Source: a virus
Length of the DNA: 64,000 nt
IMG/VR virus record: IMGVR_UViG_3300019776_000296
Span: 3,762-67,761 of that record
Reading direction: 5' to 3' (one strand)
The position numbers and the translations under genes are program-made. The notes beneath the pieces are model-generated. The model made no database searches, had not been told where the DNA came from, and was given only the letters and a program-made list of their open reading frames with translations. Below, one piece after another: positions 1-11,300 of the stretch. The stretch's first letter is position 1, and every line of letters starts with the position of its first letter.

Positions 1-2
1 CT

Positions 3-512
3 TTGGCGGGATACACAGAGGACGGTCACAAGCAGTTGGAGATCGTACAAGACGGCCCTGGACTGTCTTGGTGTGTCGATACCATCGAAAAGCTCTATTC
101 CGCAGTGGATTCGCCGCCACCTTTAGGTGTGTGTGTTCAGTCCGGTGCCCGTGCTGGGGCATTGATTCCTGAGCTTGAGGCTCTTGGTGCGAAGATAATT
201 CCTTTTGGCACAAGGGAAATCATGGGTTCTACTGGGTTTTTCTATGACTCATGCCATGATGAGTCTGTTGTGCATTTGGGGGATATGTCTCTGGCACAAG
301 GGCTTTCGGGTGCTAGGCAGTACATGATCGGCGGCAAGGTTGGTGACGGCGAGTACAACGGGTGGGGTTGGTCGAGGGTTGATCCTACGGTCAATATCAC
401 TGGCGTTTGTGCTGTGACATATGCGCTTTGGGGTCTGAACATGATGAGAACAGAAGCGTTGCAAGATCGTAAATCCTACGAAGGCAAGCCAAGAGGTGGC
501 CGCATATGGTGA
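3..512 (+). CDS. terL: Terminase large subunit, C-terminal nuclease part (5'-truncated by the window)
   Basis: Runs in from the window edge directly upstream of the portal; ends in a GWGWSR...ITGVCAVTYALWG segment typical of actinophage TerL C-termini. Confidence 0.75.
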   Translation: MAGYTEDGHKQLEIVQDGPGLSWCVDTIEKLYSAVDSPPPLGVCVQSGARAGALIPELEALGAKIIPFGTREIMGSTGFFYDSCHDESVVHLGDMSLAQGLSGARQYMIGGKVGDGEYNGWGWSRVDPTVNITGVCAVTYALWGLNMMRTEALQDRKSYEGKPRGGRIW

Positions 513-1999
513 ATTACTACTCCGACGATATCTACATCGATGCTCCAGGTGAGCCGGTGTCTTTCCCGCCTGATGGTGGGAATGCTCGTTCGTTGATCAA
601 GTATCTGAACAACGATCTGTTCCCGGCGTTTGACCATGAGCGGCAACGGATTCGGCGGTTGGAGTCATGGGGTAACGGTAGGCAGCCTGAGGTGCGCCCG
701 TTGAAGCGGAACACTGAGCGTGCGATCTTGCAGCGTCTTGCGCGTTCTCCGTGGATTCCGTTGATGGTCAGCACTTTTGCCCAGCAGATGGTTGTGGATG
801 GTTACCGGCGCGAGGGTGACCTGGAGAACCAAGAGGCTTGGAAGACTTGGGAATTCAACGATATGAAGTCCCAGCAGTTGTCCCTGAACAGGGCGACGAT
901 GGTGACTGGGTATTCGTATCTGCGAGTCACGGATGGTGTTGGGCCTGAGGGTGAGTCGATGGCTGTGATGCGCGGTGTGTCACCGGCTCGTTGTTTCGCG
1001 TTGTATACCGATCCGTATGGCGACGAGTACCCAGAGTATGTGCTGGAGAAGAGGTTTGACGGCACATACCGTTGGTGGTTCAACGGTGAGGGCTACCATG
1101 TGCTGTCTTTCGACGGGTCGAAGTTCAAGATGCTGGAGTCGAAGGATCACACTTACGGTGTGAATCCCTTTGTGCGGTATGTGAATCAGATCGATCTTGA
1201 GGGCCGCACCTATGGTGAGGTGGAGCCGATTATCGATCTCGCTGCCCGTATCGATAAGACGGCGTTTGACCGGCTTCTTGTGCAGCACTTCAATTCGTTC
1301 AAGGTTCGCTGGGCTACTGGCCTGGAGCAGCCGGATACGGAGGAGGAGGTGCAGCAGGACAAGATTCGAATTGCCAACGAGGACATCCTGATTGCCTCTG
1401 ATGTGCAGGCTAAGTTCGGCACTCTTGATGAGACGAGCATGAGCGGTTTCATTGAGGCTTACAAGAATGACCTGGAGACGTTCACTGCCGTTACGCAGTT
1501 GCCGCCCAACCTGATTAGTCAGGTTGTGAACGTGGCAGCGGATGCCTTGGACGGGGCACGCAGGCAGACGTACCAGAAGCTGTTTGAGAAGCAGACGATC
1601 TTTGGTGCGCGTCATGCCCAGGCTTTGCGGCTGGCCGCACACATCGAAGGCCGACAAGACGATGCAAATGACTTCTCAGCCCGAATCCATTGGCAGGACG
1701 TGGAAGTCAGGTCTTTGGGGCAGTTCGCGGATGCCTGGGGCAAGATCGTGTCGCAGCTTGGCGTTCCCAAGTGGGCTACTTGGAATAAGATTCCTGGTAT
1801 CGATCAGTCTGAGGTCAAGGAATGGAAAGAGCATTGGGACGACAGCGATCCTCTCAGCTTGTATTTGAGGGACTTGAATGTGAAACCCGCTGCTGCCCAA
1901 TCGGACTCTCCTGCTGGGTCTGCAATGGATGGCCGGGGTGGATCAACGTCAACGGCGAATCAGCCTCGCCTCAATAACAAGACTGGTATGTCGAATTGA
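506..1999 (+). CDS. Portal protein (SPP1 gp6-like)
   Basis: 497 aa after TerL; motifs WIPLMVSTFAQ, HTYGVNPFVRYVN, GEVEPIIDLAARID, LPPNLI. Confidence 0.9.
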   Translation: MVNYYSDDIYIDAPGEPVSFPPDGGNARSLIKYLNNDLFPAFDHERQRIRRLESWGNGRQPEVRPLKRNTERAILQRLARSPWIPLMVSTFAQQMVVDGYRREGDLENQEAWKTWEFNDMKSQQLSLNRATMVTGYSYLRVTDGVGPEGESMAVMRGVSPARCFALYTDPYGDEYPEYVLEKRFDGTYRWWFNGEGYHVLSFDGSKFKMLESKDHTYGVNPFVRYVNQIDLEGRTYGEVEPIIDLAARIDKTAFDRLLVQHFNSFKVRWATGLEQPDTEEEVQQDKIRIANEDILIASDVQAKFGTLDETSMSGFIEAYKNDLETFTAVTQLPPNLISQVVNVAADALDGARRQTYQKLFEKQTIFGARHAQALRLAAHIEGRQDDANDFSARIHWQDVEVRSLGQFADAWGKIVSQLGVPKWATWNKIPGIDQSEVKEWKEHWDDSDPLSLYLRDLNVKPAAAQSDSPAGSAMDGRGGSTSTANQPRLNNKTGMSN

Positions 2000-3075
2000 C
2001 ATCTCCCGTAACGGATTTGAAGCCACTCACGGCTGTGTCGTGGTGGCTCGCTCAGCGGCATGCTCAGGATCAGGAGTTGGTCGCTAACAACCTGATTCAG
2101 TCGCTGTATCCGCTGTGGGACATCATGCGGTATGACAATCTTGATGCTTCGACGTTAAAGTATGTGAAGGCTGCTCTTCCTGAGGTTGAGCGTTCTTTTC
2201 TTCAGTCGCAACGTCTTTCGGCTGTGTTCAATGCAAATGTTCGTTTTGCTGAGTTGCCGGTTGATGATCCTTTGGTGATCGACTTTCCTGAGGTACAGCG
2301 TCCCAGTGGAGTGAGGGCTGCTTCGTTCCGCATGCCGGTGGTCAATGCCCGTGGTGTTGAGCAGGCCAGGGTTGCTTTAGATCAGTTTGACAAAGCTGAT
2401 GTTGCGAAAACCATTACAATAGAAGCTAATTACATGACTAAGCGTGCCATGCCTGGGCCTGAGGACGAGGTGATGCGTAACGCTTCAGTTCGGGTTGCCG
2501 GTGCGTCGGTGCGCGAAGCCATGAATGGTGCGCGTGGCGTTACGAACAATGTTGTGAAGCGAGACAAGAAGATTAAAGGCTTTGCTCGCGTCACTGATGG
2601 TGACCCGTGCCCTCTGTGTGCGCTATTAGCTGCTCGCGGAGCGGTTTTCGGGAAAGGATCGTTCATTGGTAGCGACAAGAGGTGGGAGCCGCACCCTGAC
2701 GTGGCGCGGGATGTTCCAGAAGGCTGGTCGAACATTGCGAAGGTGCATGACAACTGTAGATGTATGTTGCGCCCGGTGTACGCATACGAGGGGAGCCGTG
2801 ATGCTGCTTCTCAGTACTGGCATAAGCTCTGGAGTGACAAGGTCTACAAAAAGGTAGACTCGCGGCTTAGTAGCCGCGCTAAGAAGCGAGCCGAAATCTC
2901 TTTGTGGCGTGAGGTTTTCAACGAATCAAAGGCTTTCGATCAGAATCAGTTTGACATGGCGATCTTGCGTCGTGAGTTGCGTGATCGTGAGCTTGGTTTG
3001 CTTGATTCAGGGTTAGCTCCTGTTGCGCCGCAAGTACGTTGGGCCGCTGACATGCAAAACCAGCTTGTTGCATAG
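1996..3075 (+). CDS. MuF-like / capsid maturation minor head protein
   Basis: Follows portal; FARVTDGDPCPLCALLAARG and HDNCRC motifs. Confidence 0.8.
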   Translation: MTSPVTDLKPLTAVSWWLAQRHAQDQELVANNLIQSLYPLWDIMRYDNLDASTLKYVKAALPEVERSFLQSQRLSAVFNANVRFAELPVDDPLVIDFPEVQRPSGVRAASFRMPVVNARGVEQARVALDQFDKADVAKTITIEANYMTKRAMPGPEDEVMRNASVRVAGASVREAMNGARGVTNNVVKRDKKIKGFARVTDGDPCPLCALLAARGAVFGKGSFIGSDKRWEPHPDVARDVPEGWSNIAKVHDNCRCMLRPVYAYEGSRDAASQYWHKLWSDKVYKKVDSRLSSRAKKRAEISLWREVFNESKAFDQNQFDMAILRRELRDRELGLLDSGLAPVAPQVRWAADMQNQLVA

Positions 3076-3140
3076 GTTTACGCGCACAGTGTGCGGAAGG
3101 CGAAACGTGCGGCCTTGAACAGTACGGAGAGTGAGTAACG

Positions 3141-3821
3141 ATGTCCGACGAGGTTACCGGGTCTGAAGGTGTTGTGCCTGAAGGGGATTCGGTTGGAGAT
3201 TCTGGCGACGATTTCGCCCCTCCTCCTTCCGGTTCTGACTGGTGGAAGTTCGATACAAGGGATCGTGCAGAAGAGTGGGCCAACAACATGGTCACCAAAA
3301 GGCTTGCGCGAGAACGGAAGAAGTACGATCCAATTGTTGAAGAGCATGGTAAACTTAAGTCAGAAGTCGAAGAACTTCGCCCACTTAGGGCAGCTACGCA
3401 GACCGACTCTGAGCGTTGGGAAGCCAAGATTCAAGAGGTAACTCAAGAGCTTGAGCAGCTTCGCAGTTTCCGGTCTGCTCGCGAGCGTGATGACCTTGTC
3501 CGTGAACTTGCGGAAGACAAGGGACTCCCCACACGGTTTGTTAACCGTATCAAGGGAACTGACGCAGAAGAGATCGCTGCGGATATCGATGATCTACTCA
3601 ACGTCCTGAGTCTTGAGGACGGGAAGGCCACCAGGAAGAAGCCTGGTTCTCGTAAGCCGAAAGAAGCTGACGAGGATGAAAGCTCTTCTGCCCGTGGGTA
3701 TGGCGGCGGGGGTGGCAGCGACGATGACGAGGAGATCACGGGTGATGCAGTCTTGAAGAGACTGCAAGAGCGTGGTTTCAATCGCAACGGACGTAACCCT
3801 TTCTCTCTGCGCGGCATGTGA
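3141..3821 (+). CDS. Capsid scaffolding protein
   Basis: Charged coiled-coil protein immediately upstream of the capsid gene; KRLARERKKY and GTDAEEIAAD motifs. Confidence 0.8.
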   Translation: MSDEVTGSEGVVPEGDSVGDSGDDFAPPPSGSDWWKFDTRDRAEEWANNMVTKRLARERKKYDPIVEEHGKLKSEVEELRPLRAATQTDSERWEAKIQEVTQELEQLRSFRSARERDDLVRELAEDKGLPTRFVNRIKGTDAEEIAADIDDLLNVLSLEDGKATRKKPGSRKPKEADEDESSSARGYGGGGGSDDDEEITGDAVLKRLQERGFNRNGRNPFSLRGM

Positions 3822-3857
3822 TTTCGCGCTCCAAGATAACTAAGGAACACATCCAAA

Positions 3858-4790
3858 ATGGCAAATGCTTTCATCAAGCCCAACGCCATCGTTGATACCG
3901 TTCTTGGCATGCTGCAAGGTGAGATGGTTCTCACTTCGCTCGTGTGGAAAGACGGCATGGGCGATTTCGCTGGGAAATACAACGATACGATCACGGTTCG
4001 CATTCCCGTGCCGACTGACGCGAACTCTCGCGTTCTGCGTGGCACTGGTTCGCAGCGGAACCTGACCGTCAGCGATCTGACCGAAACGTCGGTGGATGTC
4101 AAGCTGACTGACGACGTGTACAACCTCGTCGTGCTGACCGACGAAGAGAAGACCCTCGACATCTATGACTTTGCGGGGCAGGTGCTTTCGCGTCAGGTCG
4201 ATGCTGTCTCTCGCAAGCTGGAGCAGGGTCTGGCCGACACCATCACTGGTGCCGACTACACCACTACTCATACCGCTGCTACCGACACCATCTACGATGC
4301 GATCATCCACGCTCGCCGCCAACTCAACGATGCATTCGTTCCTCGTCAGGGACGAGTTCTGGTGGTGGGCAGCGGAATCGAAGAGGCTCTGCTTCTGGAT
4401 GACCGCTTCCTCCGGTTCGACTCGACGGGTGACGCTGGCAACTCTGCTCTGCGTGAGGCTCGTGTGGGCCGGATCGCGGGTCAGGACATCGTGGTGTCGG
4501 ACTACATCCCGGCTGGCGAGGCGTACCTCTTCCATCCGACCGCGTTCGTCATGGTGTCGCGTCCTCCGTCAGCACCCATGTCCGGTGCGGATCGCGTTGC
4601 GGCGGTTGGTTCTTCGAACGGTGTCGCCCTGCGTTGGCTGGGTGATTACGATCCGTCCGTGACCAGCGACCGCAGCCTGGTGGATACCTTCGTTGGCTAC
4701 AAGGCCATCAAAGACCCGTCGCCGGAAGCTCCGAACGATCCTGAGGCCAATGTCCTCGTTCGCGCCGCGAAGATCGCTCTAGACGACTAA
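3858..4790 (+). CDS. Major capsid protein (HK97 fold)
   Basis: 310 aa; DTITVRIP and ARRQLNDAFVP.QGRVLVVG motifs; strong SD (taagga). Confidence 0.9.
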   Translation: MANAFIKPNAIVDTVLGMLQGEMVLTSLVWKDGMGDFAGKYNDTITVRIPVPTDANSRVLRGTGSQRNLTVSDLTETSVDVKLTDDVYNLVVLTDEEKTLDIYDFAGQVLSRQVDAVSRKLEQGLADTITGADYTTTHTAATDTIYDAIIHARRQLNDAFVPRQGRVLVVGSGIEEALLLDDRFLRFDSTGDAGNSALREARVGRIAGQDIVVSDYIPAGEAYLFHPTAFVMVSRPPSAPMSGADRVAAVGSSNGVALRWLGDYDPSVTSDRSLVDTFVGYKAIKDPSPEAPNDPEANVLVRAAKIALDD

Positions 4791-4801
4791 GGGGTTTCGA
4801 G

Positions 4802-5281
4802 TTGGCAGAGCCTGTAGCTCTTGCCACGGTGGAACAGCTTCAGAGGTGGACTCAGTGGGAGTTCGAACAGGACTCCCCTGAGTCTGCCCAAGCTGAAGAT
4901 GTGCTGCTGATGGCTTCAGAGTGGGCGCGTTCCATTGCTGGAAAGCTATGGGCTACAGCCGAATCCGCTCCTAGGACGGTTGTGGGGATTGTTCTCGCGG
5001 CTGCTCGTCGGGAGATCGAAAATCCGCGTCGTGCGACCTACGAGGTCAAAGGGCCGGAAGCTGTTTCGTACAGCCAACAGAACTGTCCGACAGGGTTTTT
5101 CACTGAGGCAGAGAAGAAGTTTCTGTCGAAGTTCCGCAAATCTGGTGCGCTGTGGTCACTTTCGTCCTACCGGGATTTGAAGGATGAGCAGATCGGCTAC
5201 TTGTGGGCCGGTGATGGCAGCGAGCCTTTGCCCATGTATTGGCCGGGTGATCCCGGTTGGGAGGAGTCGGCTCACCTGTGA
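4802..5281 (+). CDS. Head-to-tail adaptor
   Basis: Position after capsid; LATVEQL and AARREIENPRR motifs. Confidence 0.75.
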   Translation: MAEPVALATVEQLQRWTQWEFEQDSPESAQAEDVLLMASEWARSIAGKLWATAESAPRTVVGIVLAAARREIENPRRATYEVKGPEAVSYSQQNCPTGFFTEAEKKFLSKFRKSGALWSLSSYRDLKDEQIGYLWAGDGSEPLPMYWPGDPGWEESAHL

Positions 5282-5646
5282 GAGGTCAAGTGGCTCAGGT
5301 GTTTCGGGCACCTAACCGTGACCGTCATGGTGACCCGATTGACTCTGAGGGCAATCCGGTTGACATGCTTGACGAGGATGGAAACGCTTTCGTTGGTGAG
5401 ATAAAGGGCATCATCATGGGTGGCCTTTCGGCTAGTCCTAAGATGAGTGGTGAGGAAGCGACTGATACTCGCGGCCAAATCGGTTGTCCAACTAAGTCTT
5501 CCATTAGAATAAAGGTTGGCGACAGGATAGAGTTGAACGGTGTTCGTTACCGTGTGATCTCTAACCCTGAGTGGGATTACCCCCACTACATGACGGGCAC
5601 TAAGCCGTCACACTACTGGTTGGATGTGGAGGGCTACATTGGCTGA
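5278..5646 (+). CDS. Head-to-tail stopper
   Basis: Synteny; DRHGDP and GDRIELNGVRYRV motifs; GTG start overlapping the upstream TGA (ORF track starts at 5257). Confidence 0.7.
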   Translation: MRGQVAQVFRAPNRDRHGDPIDSEGNPVDMLDEDGNAFVGEIKGIIMGGLSASPKMSGEEATDTRGQIGCPTKSSIRIKVGDRIELNGVRYRVISNPEWDYPHYMTGTKPSHYWLDVEGYIG

Positions 5647-6028
5647 GGATCACGTCCACATCAGGGATGGTAAGTGGGACGTAAAGCTTTATGGCCCACC
5701 GAATAAGGTGCTTGGCGCGATCCTGATGGGCGACAAGGTTGCTGGCATTGTTGGTGATTACACCAAGAAGGTGGCGGCTTCTTACTCAGCTATGTTGGGT
5801 TCGCGTTCTACCGGAAAGTCCGGTGGCGGTTTGGTTTCCACGATCCAGGCCGGTGTCCATCCGAATGACGGTTACAAGGGTGACCGTTGGATTGGCGAGG
5901 TGAGTGTAGGTTCAGAGTCGAATCCGTATGGCGCGGCTGATGAGTATGGGCGTAATCGTTATGCTCCGTATCAGGGACGCAGCCAGCTTGAGGACGCTCT
6001 TCGAATGCACTTGCCGCACAAGCCATGA
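5639..6028 (+). CDS. Neck / tail completion protein (HK97 gp10-like)
   Basis: Synteny; YGAADEYG motif; start uncertain. Confidence 0.6.
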   Translation: MAEDHVHIRDGKWDVKLYGPPNKVLGAILMGDKVAGIVGDYTKKVAASYSAMLGSRSTGKSGGGLVSTIQAGVHPNDGYKGDRWIGEVSVGSESNPYGAADEYGRNRYAPYQGRSQLEDALRMHLPHKP

Positions 6029-6525
6029 CAGACTTTTTGCCAGACTGGTTTGATCCAGGTTTCCAAGACGTGGAAGACCTAGTCTGCGACTACTTTGACT
6101 GGATTACAGCCGGTTCTGTGAAGACATTCACTTGGCTTCCTCCAGGGTACTATGACCCAGCTACGGGGAAAGGTACGCAGCCTACTCTGCGGGTCTGGCG
6201 GCAGCCAGGACGGGCCGACAGTTCGCTCAGGACTGACGACAGCCTCGTACAGATCGCGTGCATCACTCAAAGACGTTCTACCACTTGGGAACTCGTGGAG
6301 TTTGTTCGGAGGATGATGGACGACACGGTTATCGGAATGTTCCCGATTCCGCGAAAAGACGGGTCGAAGTCAAGGATTCTCTCTTCTGAGGAATGGCTTG
6401 GCCCACAACAGGTTCCTGAGCAGTTCATTGACGAGAAGTTTGTGCCGGTGACGTTCAAGCTCCGCACTCGCGAGGCGCGGAACCTTCCTGACTATCGTCA
6501 GATTCTGATGTCCCTTCCCACATAA
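6025..6525 (+). CDS. Tail terminator
   Basis: Lies between the neck genes and the major tail gene. Confidence 0.7.
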   Translation: MTDFLPDWFDPGFQDVEDLVCDYFDWITAGSVKTFTWLPPGYYDPATGKGTQPTLRVWRQPGRADSSLRTDDSLVQIACITQRRSTTWELVEFVRRMMDDTVIGMFPIPRKDGSKSRILSSEEWLGPQQVPEQFIDEKFVPVTFKLRTREARNLPDYRQILMSLPT

Positions 6526-6541
6526 AGAGGAAACGAGAAAG

Positions 6542-7459
6542 ATGCCCGATTTCGAAACCATTCGGGACGCGAAGAATGACCTGGTTCTCAGTAACCAGCA
6601 CTTCGCTGTCCTGTTCGACAGCCAGTTGAATGCTGGTGTCACCACGCTCGAAAACCCTGCTGATGGAACGCTTCTGCTGCCGACTGGGGCGCAGTCTGCT
6701 GGCATCATCGAAAAGGGTGCTGGTGTTTCGCTGACTCACGATATGAGCAGCAGCGACATCGAAGGATACGGCGAGGCTGATCCGGTTCGCACCATCATCT
6801 CCAAGCGCAGCATCAGCTTTGAGGCTGACTTCTTGGAGACGAACAAGGTTGTGCTGGAGAAGTATTGGGGCACTGTGTTCGGTGCTGACAACTACGCTGT
6901 CACCGCGCAGGGTGGTCTGACCATCGAAGCTCCGACGCTTCCCAAGAACGTCTTCTACCGGGCGTACCTGGTGGGTCTGGACGATGTCAACGGCAACGAT
7001 CTGTACACCTACTACATCATGCCTCGCGTGAAGCTGGTGAACGTCTCCAACCAGGATCAGAAGGATGACGGTGCGGTCAGCTACAAGATGACCTTCCGCG
7101 CTTTCCGTGATGCGGGACTTGGCTTTTCGGTCACGCAGGGCTGGTGTGGGCCGGGTTGGCGTTCGCTGGTTCACAAGACCGGCTTCGTCGCGGCTCCGAC
7201 TTCGATCACTGGTGTTGCACTGACCGGCGTTACCGTCGCCGCTGGTGCAAGCCACACCAAGCAGATCGTGATCAGTGGCAGCAACGGCATCAACTACACG
7301 CCGGATTGCTCGTTCACCAGTGCCGATCCGACCAAGGCCACCGTCTCTTCGACCGGCCTGGTGACTGGTGTTGCTGTCGGCACCACCACCATCAACGTCA
7401 CCTACAACGGTGTCATGCCTTCCAAGACCACCACGGTTTCTGTCACCGTTGTTGCCTAA
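6542..7459 (+). CDS. Major tail tube protein with C-terminal Ig-like (Big_2) domain
   Basis: IEGYGEADPVRT motif; C-terminal FTSADPTKATVSSTGLVTGVAVGTTTINVT. Confidence 0.9.
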   Translation: MPDFETIRDAKNDLVLSNQHFAVLFDSQLNAGVTTLENPADGTLLLPTGAQSAGIIEKGAGVSLTHDMSSSDIEGYGEADPVRTIISKRSISFEADFLETNKVVLEKYWGTVFGADNYAVTAQGGLTIEAPTLPKNVFYRAYLVGLDDVNGNDLYTYYIMPRVKLVNVSNQDQKDDGAVSYKMTFRAFRDAGLGFSVTQGWCGPGWRSLVHKTGFVAAPTSITGVALTGVTVAAGASHTKQIVISGSNGINYTPDCSFTSADPTKATVSSTGLVTGVAVGTTTINVTYNGVMPSKTTTVSVTVVA

Positions 7460-7554
7460 GGGCACCTAGCTGATTTCCCCGGCCCGGTAGGCCGAATTGT
7501 CTACCGGGCACGGGGATTTCGGTGCGTTCAAAACAAATCAAGAAGGAGCAGAGT

Positions 7555-7869
7555 ATGGCTACGGCAAAGAAAGCTGTTGACGCTGAGGGTCTGGATGAGG
7601 ATGACATCTGGTCTGAGCTTGTCAGCGAAAACGCAGTTCCCCCAATGAAAGTCAAGGGGGTTGTTCTTCCTCAGCCTACGAAGGAGCAGGTTGACAAGTG
7701 GCGGCAGTCGCAGACCGCTGAGGATGGCGAGCGTGCCCTGTTCGGTGATCAGTACGATGCCATCCACTCAATCTTCAAAGATCAGCCCGAATATGTTTGG
7801 GAGAACTTCAATTTGAGGTATCTCAAGCACATGTTCGGCACTGGTGACGACACCCAACTGGGAAAATAA
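7555..7869 (+). CDS. Tail assembly chaperone, short form
   Basis: Between major tail and tape measure; ends CTG GGA AAA TAA. Confidence 0.85.
   Translation: MATAKKAVDAEGLDEDDIWSELVSENAVPPMKVKGVVLPQPTKEQVDKWRQSQTAEDGERALFGDQYDAIHSIFKDQPEYVWENFNLRYLKHMFGTGDDTQLGK
7860..7866 (+). other. Programmed -1 frameshift slippery site G GGA AAA
   Basis: The -1 frame stays open (KIIKVVNRYWEPLCWD...) into ORF 7899..8312. Confidence 0.85.
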
Positions 7870-8312
7870 TCAAGGTAGTTAACCGCTACTGGGAACCCTT
7901 GTGTTGGGATTGTCAACACCTACTTAACTTTTCGGCCTACGAGTACTTCCAGTGGGAACGTGTTGGCGCAAAGTGGAAGCGCAAACGTCCTTGGGATGAA
8001 CTGTTGGGCTTCTTTGACCGCTTGATGAACATTGAGGGGTCTGCCGTTAACGAGGCGGTTCTGCTTGATCCTGAGACGGTCAAGTGGATGGCGAGTCAGG
8101 ATTCTGATCGCGGCGTGTATCGGCCACCAATCTTTGGGCATACCAAGGAAGTTAATCTGATGATGACTCAGATTGAGGTGGCTACTGGTAAGCCGTTGAA
8201 GCGTCCTTACATTCCCGGCCTTGAGCTACGGACGAGGCGCAAAGTCAACAAGACCAAGGACGCTATCGCTTCCGCTTTAGAGCGGAGCATACGTTTAGCT
8301 GAGGGGAACTAG
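7860..8312 (+). CDS. Tail assembly chaperone, frameshifted extension (fusion 7555..8312)
   Basis: Open -1 frame from the slippery site to the TAG overlapping the tape measure start. Confidence 0.8.
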   Translation, partial: GKIIKVVNRYWEPLCWDCQHLLNFSAYEYFQWERVGAKWKRKRPWDELLGFFDRLMNIEGSAVNEAVLLDPETVKWMASQDSDRGVYRPPIFGHTKEVNLMMTQIEVATGKPLKRPYIPGLELRTRRKVNKTKDAIASALERSIRLAEGN

Positions 8313-11300
8313 TGGCATCTATAGCTGGTGAGGCCGCAGTACGGATTGTCCCTTCGCTCAGGGGCTTTCACAGTGATGTCAAGCGGAAGCTTGAGGCCAA
8401 GCGCATTGATTTCGATGTCAATGCGAATGCGAAAATTGCTGGTGCGGAAGCGAAGATCGATGCTTTCCGTAAGCAGCAGGAAGCTCGTCCGGTCACTGTC
8501 CATGTCAAGACTGACTGGGATGGGCTTAAGCGTGATCTCGCTCAAGTTGAGCATATTTTCAAACGTAATTCGTTCTCCAGGGCACTGCGTCTTAACGTGG
8601 TTGTGTTGGGGTTGGATGCTCTTCCTGCTCTGGCTTACGGTGCTGCCGGTGCGGCTTCTTCTCTTGATGCTCTTGGTAAGGCCGCGTTTGCGCTGCCTGG
8701 TTTGCTTGGTGGAGCGTTAGCGTCTGTTGGGACGTTAGGTGTTGGCCTGCATGGTGTTTCGGATGCGTTTAAGGCTTTTGGGCAGTCGCAGAAGCAGGCG
8801 GCTCAGCAGGCTCGTCTGATTCAGGATGACAACCGGCAGCTTGCTAATTCGTATCGCGAGTACGGCTATGCGGTGCGGGACACGATCCGCGATATTCAGG
8901 ATTTGAATGCGGAGAATCGCCGTTCTTCTCTCAATGTTGCTGATGCAATTCTTGGTGTGCAGGAAGCTGCCGACCGGCTGCGTACTGGTGGGCAGAAGAC
9001 GATCCTTGATTTGCGCCGGGATCAACTGAGTTACCTTCAGGCAGTTGACCGTTTGGCTGAAGTTAATACCAAGGCTAAGCGTGTTTCGCAGGATGTTGCT
9101 GAGGCTAATAAGAAGGGTGTGCAGGGCAACGAGAAGGTTGTCGATGCGCTTGACCAGATCAACAAGAACCTTGAGAAGCTCAACACGGACAAGCTTGAAA
9201 AGGTTGATGAAGCGTTGGGCAAGGTTTCGCCCAACATGCGTGCTTTCATTGAGGCGACTCGTGGCCTGAAGGGTGAGTGGCGGCAGCTTCAGGATTCGGT
9301 GCAGGACAAGCTGTTTGACGGCTTGGATAAGACAATTGTCGATCTTGCACATAACACCATGCCCATGCTTGAGAATGGGATGGGCCGGGTTGCAACGAGT
9401 TACAACGGCTTGATCAAGAGTTTTGCTACTGAGATCGGCAGCAAGAACTCAACGTCCTTGATGGACAAGATTTTTGGGAACACGTCTGTCGGCGTGAACA
9501 AGCTCAGTGTCGGCATGAAACCGTTTGTCGATGGCATTTTGCGGCTGGTCAAAGAGTCTTCTGATTTCCTTCCTCGTCTTGGTGATGCTGGCGCGAAAGT
9601 TGGCAAACGCTTTGATGATTGGGTTACGAAGATTTCCCAGGATGGCCGCTTGGATAAGTGGATCGATAGGGGTCTAGACGCTTTCACTTCGCTGGGGAAC
9701 ATCGTTGTCAACGTCGGGTCGATGTTGTCTTCGATGTCTGGCGCGTTTGATTCCGCTACGGGTAACCAGGGCGGGTTCCTCAAGGGTATTGAGAACTTCA
9801 CTAAGAAGTGGGCTGACCTTCTCAAGACACCGGAAAAGCAGACGGCACTTAGGGATTACTTCAAGAAGACTCAAGAGTTCATCCATGATCTGAAGGAGGC
9901 TTACCGCGACGTTAAGCCTTTGATCAAGGATGTGCTTGAGACTGCGCGTGAGTGGTCTTTGGTGTTGCTCAAGGGCATTGGCGGCATTGCTTCGCTGTCC
10001 AATGCCATTGAGAAGAACACTGGCCTTGTAAAGCCTTTGCTGATGCTGTATTTCGGCTATCGCACTACGAAGCCGGTTTGGGAGGTTCTCTCCAATTCGT
10101 TCAAGGCTTACACAACGCTGATCGAAAAGGCTTCTCAGAACCAGACTTTGGGCAACCTTCCTGGTGTTCAGAGGACTGCCGATAATCTGAAGAAGTGGCG
10201 CGGAGAGGCCATCCAGGCTGCGAATGATGTTGCGGCAGCTACGAGCAAAGCGAATGCTTCAACAGCTAAGGGTGCCGCTAAGCCGGAATCTTCTGCATCT
10301 GTTTTTGCTCAGATGGACAATGAGAAGAAGCGTCGTGATGCTGCTGGTATCGGCAGCAGCGGCAACATGTCGATTCTGGATCGGCAGTACATAGCGACTA
10401 CCGCTTATCAGCAGCGTCAGCGTCAGCGTGCTAAGGATGCGTTGGCGCAGTGGAATCTTGATGAGCGTTCAAAAGCTGCTGCTATCAAAGCTTTTGAGGC
10501 TGCTAATCCTGCGTTCAGTGGTTCTCTTCCGAATCCCAATGCTGATGTTTCGAATGCGCGTTCTTCTAAGGCGAAGTTACGCAAAGATGCCCAGCGGGAA
10601 CTGCGTCGGCGTGCCGCAATGGAGAAGTTCATTGGTGGGACACCGACTTCCAGCTTGAATGCTCCTATGCAGGGGCCAGCACTTCCTCCGCAGGTTCTTG
10701 ATGAACTGAAGAACAAGGCCGACGATACGTCGAAGGCAATCAAGTCTGTTGGAGATGAGTCTTCTAAGGCTGCTGCTGATGTGAAAGACCTTGGTAGCAA
10801 AGCTGATACGGCTGCTACTAGTGTCAACAAGACTGGCGAGAATTCAAAGAAGGCCAAGACTGAGGTCGCTGATGGTGGCAAGAAGGCTAAGCAGGCCGCG
10901 AAAGACAATGACGCTCTTAACAGTTCGGCTTCTAAGGCTGCGACTGCCGCCGACAATGTTGGCAACGCTTCTAAGACTGCCGCACCTAAGGTCAAGGAGA
11001 TTGGCGATAAGGCCAAGGCTGCCGCTAACGAAGTTGGGGATCAGCGTATTGGCTTGGGTGGCAGGCTTGTTGGCTTAGCTGGAATACTTGGGCCGCAGCT
11101 AGGGTTGATGGCACTTATCGCTGGTGTCTCGTGGGGCATTCAGAAGATGGGTGAGGCGCACCGCGAGGCGGCTAATGCGGCGAAGGCCCAGGATGATGCG
11201 CTGAAGAATCTCGCTGGCACGCTTGATCAGGTGACTGGTGCGTTCACGGCGCAGAGCTACGATCAGATCGCAAAAGACCTCCAAAAGGTAACTCCTGGTG